Part shown: positions 12,501 through 25,620 of the stretch, in pieces
Layout: every line of letters starts with the position of its first letter
Position numbering within the stretch: the stretch's first letter is position 1
Assembly (NCBI RefSeq): GCF_004010195.1
Contig: NC_057716.1
Location: 10,784,064 to 10,848,063 of the forward strand
Reading direction: 5' to 3'
DNA: 64,000 nt
Source: Chiloscyllium plagiosum
Taxonomy: Eukaryota
Made by a program: the position numbers and the translations under genes
The notes under the pieces: model-generated
What the model was told of the DNA's origin: nothing
The model's input: only the letters and a program-made list of their open reading frames with translations
The model's database searches: none

Positions 12501-13090
12501 CCATTCATTTTCATCGACAATCAATCAGGATAGTCCTGAGGTACTTACTGAGCAAGCATAGCCTACCAATTTGCAGGCTACAATTTTGAATTCAAATTAA
12601 AATTTCAATTAATTATCAATGAAATTCATTACATGGAAATATGAATTGAAAATCACTACATTTTTCTTGAAATAAATAATTAAACAGACCTTTCCAAATA
12701 TAAGTCAATTGACAAGCTCATTTCATCTGAAGGGCAGTCAATTTATGACTCACATATCGGTAACTGCGACATGATCTGACACAGTCATTGAATCCCATCC
12801 AGCGCTGGTAGTCAGAATATTCTCCCCTGGTCAGAACATACTGGTATCCCATGTAATTGGGTCTCTCATACAGCACCCACCAGTCACTCTCAACACGGAT
12901 GGAGTTACAGCTGCTGAAGTAAGGGGACAGGTCGGCACAGTCACTGCTGCACTCATAGTGCCGCCCCTGGAAGTTCCTGTCCTCGTAAAAGATGATCTGT
13001 GAGGAAAGGAAATGAAACAAACTATTTCTATTTTCTGATGAATCATGGATAAAATGTAAATAATATCAGAATCTACCTCACCTTTCCCAT
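9580..13090 (-). CDS. cryg: gamma-crystallin copy 1 (shark gamma-S1-like/gammaM-type), 3 exons, 175 aa, intact
   Basis: Exon 1 13082-13090 (ATG GGA AAG|gtgag), exon 2 12754-12996 (cag|[20 protein letters not shown]...[10 protein letters not shown]|gtgagt), exon 3 9580-9855 (ttccag|[18 protein letters not shown]...[11 protein letters not shown]). Four Greek-key motifs and phase-0 introns. The symbol is family-level only. Confidence 0.95.
10548..10757 (-). mobile_element. PLE-derived terminal repeat
   Basis: Matches 2816-2985; runs into the N gap. Confidence 0.7.
10676..10703 (-). ncRNA. minimal hammerhead motif in intron 2 of copy 1 (sense to the gene)
   Basis: CUGAAGA-A-GGGC(UAAU)GCCC-GAAA-CGUU; stem I is weak. 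Confidence 0.5.
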
Positions 13091-13146
13091 TTTGAGCTCA
13101 CATTGGTATAGCAGAGCCTGAACATGCTCTCATTCTGGGTGTTCAG

Positions 13147-13222
13147 TATTTATACCTTTCAGAGACAGTTGCAGAAATTGCCTTCGTAATTTTAAACAAT
13201 CTCAAGCACAGATCAGCAAAAA
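13147..13222 (-). promoter_or_regulatory. class A crystallin promoter: TATA box, Sox site, half-MARE
   Basis: TATAAATA at 13147-13154, ATTGTT (Sox consensus) at 13195-13200, and TTTTTGCTGA (AT-flanked Maf half site, TGCTGA at 13213-13218). The same arrangement is present in copy 3. Confidence 0.7.
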
Positions 13223-14873
13223 TAAGCTAAAATGTGTTACAGATATTTCAGCAAATCACCTTCATTGAGAATAATAGGAGTGATTGGCTCTTTGAGTTTT
13301 GCTTTCATGTCATTTTGATTTGTCCTGCAGGAAAAAAAAGGAACAAAAGTCGAGGGACCCTAGTTATACTCAGAATAAAATACACAAAACATTGAACTGT
13401 GAACTTTGCTGAATTGTCATAAGCCAGACAACCTTCTTTTGTTCATTAACTATTACACACACAAATAGAAAAGAGGTGAATCCTAGTCACATTGACTAAA
13501 CATAAAGTTAGACAATTATTCTGACTTTTTATGGCTTGCAAATCAGCAACCATTAGGTGATGGTTCATTGTCACCCCTTTCAACCCCTCCACTATTCCCG
13601 TGTACACACTTAGCCAGCATCTCAACATCTATTCTTTGCAAACTCTAACGCATCTACCCTGCCTCCCATCACTCTTGAGTTCAATAACTCACATTTACTT
13701 CCAGTTTAGCAACATCTCAATTTCAAAATTCTCAATTTGTTTTAAATTATTCCATATCGCCCATCCCTGACATCCCCTTATATTACCATGCAGCAAAAGG
13801 ATGGAATTTGAACATAGTTTTCATCTTTTATTTACAGCCATATTATACACCTACAAACCTACAATCACAGGTAAATCCCCAATTACTGTCTATCATCTGA
13901 ATGCAATTCAATACAAACTTAACATGCAATTAACATATTTTTGTCATGCAGCTCCCCAGTTATCCAAGATGTCCTTGTGTGCTCCCTATTTTGGAGTCTT
14001 GAACAGACTTAGTTTTACTTCCTCCACCCATATAAAGCTGGTCTTCAACTGCTTCGGTCATGAATTTGGAAATTCCTTGCTAAATCACTCCTTCTCTCCA
14101 CAACTCTCTGCTCCTTCAAGAGGTTTTGTGAAAGTTAATTCTTGGATCAAGACTTTGATCATCTGTTGTAGTATTTCCTAAGTGCTTTGATGTCCAATTT
14201 TGGTTGATAATATTTTCAAGCATGTGAACTTAACTCCATATTCTTTCTATATGGTATATATTTTCATAACAATATCTTAAGATCTAAAGAAACTTAAAAA
14301 AAATTCAAATCCCTGATATTTGAAAATAAACTCAAAATGCTGGGTTTGCTCAGTGTGTGGCAGCATCAGTAGAAAGAGAAACAGCAGGATTTGACACCTT
14401 CTGATTATTGTTCACTGAATTGATATCTTAAGAAACTTGAGAAAATGCTCATTTCTCAGTTACGATTTATATGTAAGTGTGAGAGATCTATGAATTAATA
14501 CTCCTACAGATCTGAATAAAATTCTTTAGCAGACATTTTTTTAATGCTGGCATCATATATTTCTGCAGCACTTATAGAGAATTATTTTTAATTGTATAGT
14601 AATTTGATAAATTCCACCGAAATGGTGAGCACCTAGGGTTCAGTCTTTATATTTGGCAGAACTAATTATGCCTACAAAATAATGGTGATATTGCTGGCAT
14701 GGTATTTGAGCTCAATCAATTTGGAACTGTCTGAATATGTTGAATTGGATGGAGGCTGAGGACCATCAAAAATCATGCTGCTGTGAAAATTATTTCACTG
14801 GGATTCGGGCACAAATTGCCTTTTTAGTAATACCAAGAGCATTTATTATACAGCCTGACTGTAAAATATTCAC

Positions 14874-15005
14874 GATGCTGATGAAGGACTTTTGCCTGAA
14901 ATGTCGATTTTCCTGCTCATTGAATGCTGCCTGACCTGCTGTGCTTTTCCAGCACCACTCTAATCTTGACTCTAATCTCCAGCATCTGCAGAACCCACTT
15001 TCGCC
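14874..15005 (+). mobile_element. short PLE-derived element with a perfect 15-bp TSD
   Basis: CTGTAAAATATTCAC at 14859-14873 and 15006-15020. Begins CUGAUGAAGGACUUUUGCCUGAAAUGUC. Confidence 0.8.
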
Positions 15006-15634
15006 CTGTAAAATATTCACATGTAGTGAAAGACTGTATATAGATTGAACTGAGAAGCTACTGAAAATTGAAACATAATAAAATTGGCACGCCAGAGTGG
15101 TGGATTCATATTTTTAATTAAAAGAATAATGTGGAGTGAAGGAAATGCAAAGCTGAACTTAGAACGTGATTATTTTCTTAATGACCATTCCTGTCACCTT
15201 GTGGTATTTTCCACTTCCGCCAGTACTTGGTGACAGGTATGGGTTGTTTTTACTCTGTCTTGGGCCTACCTAGAGATTATTGGTACAGGATTCACCACCA
15301 TTGAGTGTCTACAGAGGAAGCATTGTTATTAGATGGCAAATAGGTTTATTGCATGAGAGCAATGATTACAATTCTATTTCATCAAGTTCAATTACCAGGA
15401 TTTTAAGAAATGGGTATAAATAGATCTTCTCCCTCTGAAAGCTAGCACAATCCAATCAAGTTCTGAGCAACGTGGCTAAGGGAAGATGTGTGGCAGAATT
15501 TTAGCAAGATCCATCTTGATGTCGAGATCATCTGGCCATGCCTCATACCCTTCTTTCAAGCAGCACAACGAGAGTCTCGCTTAGGAACGACGGATTTCTA
15601 AGTGACTCTCATTATTATTTGTTGAACATCTATT

Positions 15635-16828
15635 GGAGAAAGTGAGGACTGCAGGTGCTGGGAATCACAGTCGAGAGTGTGGTGCTGGAAAAGCACAGAT
15701 GGTCAGGCAGCATCCGAGGAGCAGCAGAATCGTCGAGTTGGAAGGTTAGACCTGGGATAAGGTGGGGGGAGGGGAAATGAGGAAACTGGTGAAATCCACA
15801 TTGATCCCATGTGGTTGGACAGTCCCAAGGTGGAAGATGAGGTGTTCTTCCTCCAGGCGTCGGGTGGTTAGGGTTTAGAGATCTGCATGTCCTTGGCGGA
15901 TTGAGTGTGGGGTGGAGTTGAAGTGTTCAGCCACAGGGCAGTAGGGTTGGTTGGTGTGGGTGTCCTGGAGATATTCTCTGAAGCATTCTGCCAGTAGGCG
16001 TCCTGTCTCCCCAATGTAGGGGCGATCACATCGGGAGCAACGGATATAGTAAATGACATGTGTGGAATACTGGTAAAACTCTGATGAATGTGGAAGACTC
16101 CTTTTGGGGCCTTGGATGGTGAGGTCGCAGGTTTTGCAATTCCTGCAGTGGCAGGAGAAGGTGCTGGGAGGGAAGGGTGAGTTTCTGGGAGGTGTGGACC
16201 TGACAAGAGAGTCGCGGAGGGAATGGTCTTTACGGAAAGCAGATGGGGTGGGGAGGGCACTATATCTCTGGTGGTGGGGTCCATTTGTAGGTGGCATCTG
16301 CACCAGCTAACCCCACTACCCTGTGGCTGAGCACTTCAACCTCCCCTCCCACTCTGCCAAGGGCACGCAGGTACTGGGCCTCCTACATCGCCAAACCCTT
16401 ACCACCTGACCCCTGGAGGAAGAACACCTCATCTTCCGCCTTGAGACTGTCCAACCACGCTGCCTACACCCATCCCCTCTCAGCCCTATCTGCCTCCCAT
16501 TTGTCCCCCCCCCCCACTTTATGCAGATCCAACCTTACAACTCAGCACTGCCCTCGTGACTTGTCCTACCTAACCATCTTCCCTCCCACGTGTCCGCTCC
16601 ACCCTCCTCTCTGATCTATCACCATCACCCCCACCTTCATCTACCTATCGCACTTTCAGCTGCCTACACCCATCCCCTCTCAGCCCTATCTGCCTCCCAT
16701 TTGTCTCTCCACCCCTTTGGCTCACAGGTTTCATTCCTAATGAAGGGCTTTTGCCCAAAATGTCAAATCTGTTGCTCCTTGGATGCTGCCTGACCTGCTG
16801 TGCTTTTCTAGCACCACACTCTCAACTC
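15635..16828 (-). mobile_element. Penelope-like retroelement: GIY-YIG endonuclease fragment with an inverted pseudo-LTR
   Basis: ORF 15875-16303 contains CHCRNCKTC...HVIYYIRCSRCDRPYIGETGR...PVAEHFN. 16300-16828 is an inverted copy of the 3' part. 12-bp TSD with 1 mismatch (15620-15631 / 16829-16840). Confidence 0.85.
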
Positions 16829-16840
16829 TGTTAAACATCT

Positions 16841-18080
16841 TAAACAATTTGTCATAGGTTGCAATCATATGAATTAGCCCTTGAAAAAACTCGACATGGA
16901 AACCAAAGAAGTTTTTTAGTGAATTCAACTCTAACTTGCTCAAAATGACCTCTATGGTGGACACCATACACCTACTTCTAAGGCACCTCCGTGGACAATA
17001 TTGAAACAGAACCCCCACATCCAAAGCCATTGGATCTGACATGCACCTGACTCTATAAGCCCTTATGATACATGTCCAATTCAACTTGCAGGAAATTCTT
17101 CTGCACTTCAATGCTGCAACTTGGGCTACAAGTAAACTATGTGTTCAGCAACACACTCCCAACTCACAGATTAGGACAGGTTACATCTCAGCGCTTTTTG
17201 CTTGCTGTCATAATACTCACTCACAGGGTCACTGATCTGACAGGACAATAACACTTAATCCTGAATCAAACACAAAATCATTTGGATGTCCATTATCATC
17301 TCTCTGTCATCTGGTTGACTCATTCTGTAAGAGTGTCTTGACTAATTTCTCTATTGGAAGTATCTCAACAAATACGGGTATGTTTTCTAATGGTGGTGCA
17401 TAATGTACTGTGTGGACCACTCTACATATGGAACAATCAATACTTCCAAGTTTCTGAAGCTGTTGCTCATTTTGCATATCTTATGGAAATAGCCTAGAGT
17501 TTTATGAATGTAGCTTTCCTTAGCAATGGCTGGATATTATCTGTGTCTGGGAGGTCTCATTATCCCACAGACCTGCCTCTGGCTTTATGCATTAGGTGTC
17601 TGGCTTTTTCTCTGTGTAGGCTTCTCAGGTTGCTCTTTAGAGTGCCCATATCTTATAAAGTTAATAAAATCTGCTTCCTTCTTGACATCGTGCTAGTCTT
17701 TTCATCTCACGTTCTGTCTGTGAGTCTTTTTACTTTCTGCTTCCAGCAAAATTTTGAAATAACTTCTCCAAAGTATATTCTACGTTTGACTGTAAGACAT
17801 CTGACAAAAGTTCATGAAGAATTCCAACAACAATTCTGTCACTTATGAATTCTGACTTCAAAGCTCCATATTCACAACTTTCCACGCATCTATAGAGGTT
17901 ATTGATGAAATTGTTTATGGAATCTTCTGGAAGCTGAACTCTTCTTGAACCTTTTTCATTCAAGAATTTTACTTGTTCTTAAAGTGAAGTAATTGTTAGA
18001 AGGGATAATTTCTGGAATATCTGATTAAGGTAAAGCTTTTAAAATATATTCAAATGTATCTGTGCTCTCTTTGAAGTCTT
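16841..18080 (-). mobile_element. decayed Ty3/Gypsy gag-pol remnant
   Basis: ORF 17730-17963 RRVQLPEDSINNFINNLYRCVESCEYGALKSEFISDRIVVGI...TLEK is gag-like. A weak RNase H-like trace lies at 16850-17110. Confidence 0.6.
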
Positions 18081-18287
18081 GACTGTTGATAACATTATTC
18101 CCAAAGTATCCATTGAATATACTGTAATAGTGTATTCATTTGCTCACTCTCAGTTTGAAAGCAGACCTTTCCCCTCCTTGGATGGAGTGAGAGAGGTGAC
18201 AAGAAGGGTACGTGATTGGGTGAGTTGGCTTTGGCAAGATGGCACTCTCCTCTTGCCTTCAACCCCTGACCCCTCTCCCCCAACACT

Positions 18288-20168
18288 TGTTATAGACAAG
18301 GCCAGACCACTCAAAACATTCTTAAGCAGGCAGCCCAGACCGTAACTTTGCAATTTATTTCGGTAATTGATTGCTGGGATCCTTGCTGAGATATTTGCAT
18401 CGTCAATAGTCACAGGTGAGGTGCTGGAAGCATGGAGGTTGGCTAACATAGTACCACTATTTCAGAAAGGTGGTAAGGAAAAGCTAGGGAACTACAGACC
18501 GGTGAACCCGAAGTCGATAGTGGGGAAGTTGTTGGAGCGTATCCTGAGGCACAGGATTTACATCTTTTGGAAAGGCAAGGACTGATTAGGGATAGTCAGC
18601 ATGGCTTTGTGCATGGGAAATCATGTCTCACGAATTAGATTGAGTTGTTTGAAGAAGTAATAAAGAGGATTGATGAGGGCAGAGCAATGGACGTGATCTA
18701 TATGGACTTTGGTAAGGCGTTCGACAAGGTTCCTCATGGGAGACTGGTTTGCAAGGTTAGATCTCATGGAATACAGGGAGAACTAGCCATTTAAATAGAG
18801 AACTGGCTCAAAGATAGAAGACAGAGGGGGTTGGTGGAGGTTTGCTTTTTAGACTGGAGGCCTGTGACCAGTGGAGTGCCACAAGGATCGGGGCTGGGTC
18901 CTCTATTTTTTGTCATTTACATAAATGATTTGGATGCGAGCATAAGAGGTACAGTTAGTAAGTTTGCAGAGGACACCAAAATTGGAGGTGTAGTGGACAG
19001 CGAAGAGGGTTACCTCAGATTATTAAGGATCTTGACCAGATGGGTCAGTGGGCTGAGAAGTGGCAGATGGATTTTAATTCAGATATCCTTCCTATCAGAA
19101 AGATGTTGTGAAACTTGAAAGGGTTCAGAAAAGATTTACAAGGATGTTGCCAGGGTTGGAAGATTTGAACTATAGTGAGAGGTTGAATAGGCTGGGGCTG
19201 TTTTCCCTGGATCATTGGAGGCTGCGGGGGGACTTTATAGAGGTTAATAAAATCATGTGGGGCATGAACAAGATAAATAGACAAAGTCTTTGCCCTGGGG
19301 CCGGGGAGTCCAGAATTAGAGGACATAGGTTTAGGGTGAGAGGGGAAAAATGTAAAAGAGACTTAAGGGGCAACCTATCACACTGAGAGTGATGGGTGTA
19401 TGGAATGTGGTGGAGGAAGTGGTGGAGACTGGTACAATTATAGTATTTAAAAGGCATCTGGATGGGTTTATAAATAGGAAGGATTTACAGGGATATGGGC
19501 CAAGAGGGACTCGATTAGGTTGGGACATCTGGTTGGTATGGACGAGTTGGACCAAAGGGTCTGTTTCCGTGCTGTACATCTCTATGGCTCTACGACTCTA
19601 AGTGTACAATGAAAGTTACCCGGCGTAAGTTAGCTAGGTTGACTACCAGGTTTTAAAACAGACAAAAATGTATTCACAAAATTACACAATGAAACACAAA
19701 GAACAGGTTAAAGAACCCCTACAGAACTCAGTCTATCCAAACTAGACTTAATTATGCTGTTCCGAATATACACAACAGTCTCTATAAGCAAACCCCTTAA
19801 GTACGGTAAAAATGAAACAAAGGCTTACAGGTTGAAGTTAGAAGGGCAGAAGGAGAGACAGCTTAGCAGCCTGTTTCTACACAGCCCACAGCTAAACTCC
19901 CAATAGTTCTGAACTAAACTGTTCAGCCATAGAGCTGGCCATGCCCCGTTGACTTATACAGGTTACTTCTAAAACATAAAAGCTTTGGCATAAAATCACA
20001 TCTGTTTATGTATAAACAAAAAGGCATCTCAAACTCTTTAATCTCTGTACCAGACCGGTCTAACTGGGGTCAGGAGCTCTTTACGACCCCTCTGCAAAAA
20101 AAAAACCCAAGATCACGGTATCCTTGAGAAAAGGAACAGCTTTTAGAAAAAAGGACCAGCTTTGTGAT
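18288..20168. mobile_element. probable solo LTR (18288-18366 plus 19601-20168) split by a CR1
   Basis: Starts TGTTAT and ends GTGA(TG); non-coding and continuous across the CR1. No second copy is in the window. Confidence 0.35.
18367..19600 (+). mobile_element. CR1 LINE RT fragment with an internal deletion near 19085
   Basis: NYRPVN, YMDFGKAFDKVPH, SGVPQGS.LGP and KFAEDTK motifs, then the family 3' UTR. Confidence 0.88.
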
Positions 20169-20640
20169 GAACTCCACCCCATCACAAGAAGAAAGAAAGA
20201 ATTCAGCTTCTCACTTCTGGTGCCCCAAGGATCAGGCCTCAATCAGTGCTCTTGATATACAGACAGTTTCTGGCGACTTCAGATGCCAGTGTTGAGACAT
20301 GCAATAGGTTGAAAAACTCACCTATATTCATCTGTCAACTCTTAATGAGCTGACAGGGACACTAGTGAATGGTGTTCACTCAGCAATGGGGGGTGGCTTG
20401 TTAAAACCTAACACTCTCATCACACACTTGCAATACAACTTGGGAAATTATGCCCTGTAAGTTTTGGGTCACAATATAAATTCTAACTCTAATATTTATT
20501 TGTTAATTTGAGACTTTAACTTGTCAGACAACAGCAGACAGTCTGGAGAAGGAACTCAAGAGATTTTTGCTTAAGTTACGATATAACCCTTATCAAGACA
20601 AGGCAATGAGTTTCCAAGCTTGCTACAATTCTTGCTTTCT

Positions 20641-21390
20641 TGATTGATTGATTGTTATGTGTACCCTTGTACAGTGAAAAGCTTTGCACAGAGATTAGAT
20701 TAAATTCTCTACAGTGTGGAAACAGGCCCTTCAGCCCAACAAGTCCACACTGACCCTCCAAAGAGTAACCCACTCAGACCCCTTTCCCTCTGATTAATGC
20801 ACCTAACACTATGGACAATTTAGAATGGCCAATTCACCTGACCTGCACCCCTTTGGACTGTGGGAGAAACCCACGCAGACAGGGGGAGAATGTGCAAACT
20901 CCATACAGAATGTTGCCCAAGGCTGGAATTGAACCCAGGTCCCTGGCGATGTGAGGCAGCAGTGCTAACCACTGCACAACAGGCAGATCATCATAAGCAA
21001 AAATGTGCAGTTTCAAAAGATTTAGACAGAGGCACACAGATTGTATTACTTATTGAGGCTAGAGGCTCCATTCATCAGTCTGATAACGGCTGAGAAGAAA
21101 CTACTCCTAAACCTGCTGGTGCTGCTCCTGAACCTGCTGATGCATATGTTCAGGCTTCCGTATCTTCTGCCTGATGGAAGAGATTATAGGAGGTCATTAC
21201 CAGGGTGTGAAGGGTCTTTGATGACATTGGCAGCCTTTCTGCAGCAGCAAGCCATGTAGATGGAGTCCATGGATGGAAGGATGGCTTCAGTGATGGTCTG
21301 GGTTTGCACACCAACTTATGCTGTATCTTATGGCCCTGGGCAGAGCAGTTGCCAAACCAGGCTGTTATGCACCTGGATAGTGTGCTTCCA
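20641..21390 (-). mobile_element. Rex1/Babar-type LINE 3' end (SINE inserted at 20692-20975)
   Basis: The minus strand encodes LPSGRRYGSL...SRFRSSFFSAVIRLMN. Confidence 0.6.
20692..20975 (-). mobile_element. HE1-type V-SINE
   Basis: tRNA head, V core and (AATCT)n tail. Confidence 0.8.
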
Positions 21391-21721
21391 ACAGATATGC
21401 TGAATTTACTGAGCCAGTTTGGCTTTGGGGTTTATTAAAGTTTGCTTGTGATGTTGGAGTCACTAACTTGACTAGTGTTAATGCCAGTCACTAGTTTCCC
21501 TTGAAAAGCTGAAGGTGAGCTCCCTTCTTGAATTACTGTAGTCCATGTGCTGTTAATTGACCCACAATCCAAAGGAGGGGAGAATTCCAGGATTTTGACT
21601 CAGTCACTGAAGGAATGACAATGTATTTCCAAGTCAACATGATGAATGACTGAGGAGGAACTTGCAGATGGTAGTGTTCCCTTGTATCTGCTGCCATTGT
21701 CCTTCCAGTGTTTGTGACCAC

Positions 21722-22155
21722 AGACCATAAGACATAGGAGCAGAAATTAGGCCACTCAGCTCATCGAGTTTGCTCTACCATTTAATCATAGCTGACAGGG
21801 TTTTCAACCCCATTTTCCCACTTTCCCCCTGTAACCTTTGATTCCCTTGACAATCAAGAACCTATCTGTTTCCGTCTTAAATATACTCAATGGCTTGGCC
21901 TTCACAGCCTTCTGTGGCAATGAATTCCAGAGATTCACCACTCTCTGGCTGAAGAAATTTCTTCTTATCTCTAAAAGACTTTTTCTCTAAGGCTGTGACC
22001 TCGGGTGCTAGTCTCTCCTGCCAATGGAAGCATCTTCCCAACGTCCCCTCTGTTCAGGCCATTCAATATTCGGTAAATTCCAATCAGATTCCCCCCTCAT
22101 TCTTCTAAACTCCATTGAGTATAGTCCCAGAGTCCTCAAACATTCCTCATATGTT
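21722..22155 (-). mobile_element. CR1 LINE 3' fragment
   Basis: YEECLRTLGLYSMEFRRMRG motif and TCTTATGGTCT tail. Confidence 0.8.
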
Positions 22156-22185
22156 GTGGTTTGGAAAGTGCCATCTAAAGTGGTT

Positions 22186-22500
22186 GGCATGTGCACAGTG
22201 GTTAGCACTGCTGCCTCACAGTACCAGAGACCCGGGTTCAATTCCCACCTCAGGCAAATTCTGGAGTTTGCACATTCTCCCCGTGTCTGCATGGGTTTCC
22301 TTCGGGTGCTCTGGTTTCCTCCCACAGTCCAAAAATGTGCAGATTAGGTGAATTGGCCATGCTAAATTGCCTGTAGTGTTAGGTGAAGGGGTAAATGTAG
22401 GGGAATGGATCTGGGTGGGTTGCTCTTCGGCGGGTTGGTGTGGACTTATTGGGCCAAAGGGCTTGTTTCCACACTAAGTAATCTAATCTAATCTAATCTA
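22186..22500 (+). mobile_element. HE1-type V-SINE
   Basis: Near full length, with an (AATCT)n tail. Confidence 0.85.
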
Positions 22501-23913
22501 AAGAGTTTTGGTGAATTTCTGCAGTGCATCTTGCAAATGGTATTCACTGTTGCTACTCAGCAATCTCATAAAACAGTGCCTTGATACCTGGGGATCAGCC
22601 TAATGAACCTTCCCCGGACTGCCTTCAAGCTGCTATATCTTTTCATAAACAGGAGACAAAAGTTTTTCCCAGTTTTCCAGCTGTAGTTTACCTCATGGTT
22701 TACTTAGTTTTCACGAGGTATTCCTATTTTAAATCTCCATTCCTTTAAAAATAAAGGCCAACATTCCATTTGCCTTTTCTACTAAATTGAATGCCAGCAT
22801 AGTGTATTATATACACTGAACTGCAAAATTCATCTGTGCTGTAGATTTCTGCAATCTTTCTTTATTTAAGTAAAATGCAGCTACTCTATTCTTCCTCCAA
22901 CGTGCATAATCTTACATTTTCCTACATTATTTTCCAGCTGTCAGGTTTTGGTCACTCCGTTAAAATGTCTGTATCCCCCCAAACTCCTTGTGTCATTCTC
23001 ACCACATGCCTTCCCATCTAATTTTTGTGCTTAATCTGACCTAATCATGAACCATCAATATCCTTGTTAGTCTTGAAGTGCTTAATGTTTAATTTTGAAG
23101 CAATGACGTATCTTAAGAACTGACACCTCCATGAAGTCCAAACTTGTGTACTGTGTGGTCCTTCTCTGACCTTGAATCCAATAGAAATATTATGCATTTT
23201 TCCATTTAAATGTGCTGATAAGGGTTATGACTGCAATGGTATGTTATATTTGTATCATTTCCATATCGCTTTAAGTCAGCTGTTCTTTGTATATTTGCAT
23301 TCACTGTTGTAACACCTCACTGGGGTAACACACTGAAAATCAAGCCCCGCTACTCCCAGAGTTGTCACAAAAGTTAAAGATTTTAAAACACGCACAAAGT
23401 TCCCCAAATTACCTAATTTTCAGACCCAGGCTAATAGAAAGCATAGACCATGAAAGCAGGACCATGGACAAGAATTACTATTTAGTGCAAGTGTTTATAC
23501 TCTAACCATAGGTACACAGATAAAAACCACCTATTTGTAGATATACTAATTAAAACTCTAATCCTGTTTGAAATAAACTTCCCCATACACACATGCAGAC
23601 ACACACAGACATAGACAGGGGAAAAGAAAGCAACTTGGACAGAGGGAAACTGGAAAAGCAGTTCCGGCATCTTTGTTCACAAGATGTGTTACGTTAGTCC
23701 TTCCTGAGCAAAACATCATGCCCTTGCCACCTAATGTTTTTCTTACTGAATAATTCACATTCTCCAAAAGTATTCTCAGCTTGGCTGCCTCTGCCTCAAT
23801 TCCCTGAGCTTATTGGGATAAACGCCTCCATGCCCTATTCAAGCACATTTTGCCTCAAATATGAGCTTTGATTCTAATTCCAGAAAATGTATGACTGTAC
23901 AATGTTGCATTCT

Positions 23914-24427
23914 AAGATGTTGTGAAACTTGAAAGGGTTCAGAAAAGATTTACAAGAATGTTGCCAAGGTTGGAGTATTTGAGCTATAGGGAGAGGCTGA
24001 ACAGGCTGGGGTTGTTTTCCCTGGAGCATCAGAGGTTGAGCATCAGACCTTATAGAGGTTTACAAAGTTATGAGGGGCATGGATAGGGTAAATAGGCAAA
24101 GTCTTTTCTTTGGGGTCAGGGAGTCCAGAACTAGAGGGCATAGGTTTAGGGTGAGAGGGGAAAGATATAACAGAGACCTAAGGGACAGCTTTTTCAACAC
24201 AGAGGGTGGTACGTGTATGGAATGATTTGCCAGAGGAAGTGGTGGAGGTTGGTACAACTGCAACATTTAAAAGGCATCTGGATGGGTATATGAATAGGAA
24301 GGGTTTGGAGGGATATGGGCCGGGTGCTGGCAGGTGGGACCAGATTGGGTTGGGATATCTGGTCGGCATGGATGGGTTGGACCATAGGGTCTGTTTCCAT
24401 GCTGTACATCTCTATGACTCTATGACT
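23914..24427 (+). mobile_element. CR1/HER1-type LINE 3' fragment
   Basis: VRVWNDLPEEVV motif and (CTCTATGA)n tail. Confidence 0.85.
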
Positions 24428-24594
24428 TAATGGTTTACTTTCCACTGCTATTGCTCCATTTTCTTAAATTTTGCCTCGATTGTTCCTGTGTTCAGGTTAA
24501 CCATATTGGTGGAGCATAGTGGGTGAAGGCAATATGTTACAAGTTCCTGATTTTCTCATTGTTGTGGCACAGTCAGCCCTTTTGTATGAAGATG

Positions 24595-24812
24595 AAACCA
24601 ACAACTGGGGATGCTGGAGATCTGCAACAACAACAGAATTTGTTCGAGAAACTCAGCGGCACTAGCAACATCTGTGAGGAAAAAACAGAGTTAATGTTTT
24701 GGATCCGGTAACATACAACCGATGAAGAGTCATCAGAGTTGAAACATTAACTTTGCTTTCTCCCCTCAGATGCTGCAGGACCCTGCTGAGTTTCACCAGC
24801 AATTTCTGTTCT
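24595..24812. mobile_element. older palindromic PLE-like element (family 3)
   Basis: Inverted arms around a decayed GAUGA...GAAACAUU core. Relatives lie at 45503-45620, 45927-46050, 53160-53260 and 14310-14385. Confidence 0.5.
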
Positions 24813-25382
24813 TGAATGAAAAGTCATGATGTCAATGACCAATTGTATGCGTGTCATCCCGTTACCCAGAGAACATCTTCCAAATGCTTCCCCAGTCTCC
24901 TGTGGGCAGTCAAGCGTCACTGGAAATGATTACCTTCAAAACCAAAGAATTAGTCCAGTGACACTTTAATTCTGATACTGTTAATAGTGTTGAAAAATAT
25001 TTAATTTGTATGCAGCTCAACACAAGTGTTAGTGTAAGTAGTGTATTTTTATGATTCTTACTTCTGCCGAGCTGTCCTTGAGATGGGTGTATGCCCGCAA
25101 CTTTGATTCTGCTGCTCCTCGGATGCTGTCTGTCATTTTTTTCGACTCTGACTCTCCAGCATCTGCAGTCCTCACTTTCTACCTGGCCTTGGAACTCATT
25201 GAAATTGCCTTTATTGGGCCACTACCACAGGTTCCAGGCAGTTTTGTTTTCCATCTACTCATTTTGCATAGGTTTATTTTGTGGGTCAAGGGCATCGCAA
25301 CACACAGTAATGCAGTTAACTGAAGTACACATTATGTTATGCAAACTAACCTGTCAGTTGAGAATGCCATTAATGGTGGAAA

Positions 25383-25620
25383 ACCACAACGCCATAAACA
25401 AACATATAGATCTAGATACCATCTATCAACCCCTCAGAAAATGAACAGGAAATGACCTCACCAAAACCCCCAGGAACCCCATCCAGGACAAACATATAAA
25501 TAGAAAACAGGAGACAACAGCTTCGCTTCACTTGGAGGTCGCCACTGATGATGTTACCTAGCCAGGTAATGAAACGTCTGGATATCAAACCTACAGATCG
25601 GCGAGCAAACCTACACCCTA
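25383..25620 (+). mobile_element. Penelope-like element 3' end (family 4)
   Basis: NAINKHIDLDTIYQPLRK* resembles PLE ORF C-termini and is followed by a 3' UTR with the intact hammerhead motif. Confidence 0.65.
25542..25581 (+). ncRNA. minimal type I hammerhead ribozyme motif (Penelope-like 3' end)
   Basis: CCA-CUGAUGA-U-GUUACCU(AGCC)AGGUAAU-GAAA-CGUC-UGG: complete core, 7-bp stem II, 3-bp stem I, palindromic ACGU in place of stem III. Confidence 0.75.

Larger units (their letters stand above)
21500..22555 (-). mobile_element. old CR1/L2-group LINE 3' end carrying two younger insertions
   Basis: ORF 21533-21721 has SKSWNSP (RxWNxLP-like). Related copies lie at 7830-8860, 25722-26400 and 53930-54305. 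Confidence 0.6.

Noticed and set aside
12718-13020. Single-exon crystallin ORFs (also 41513-41845, 61420-61719, 9580-9834)
   Set aside because: These are individual exons with intronic or internal starts; the true start is in the 9-nt coding exon 1.
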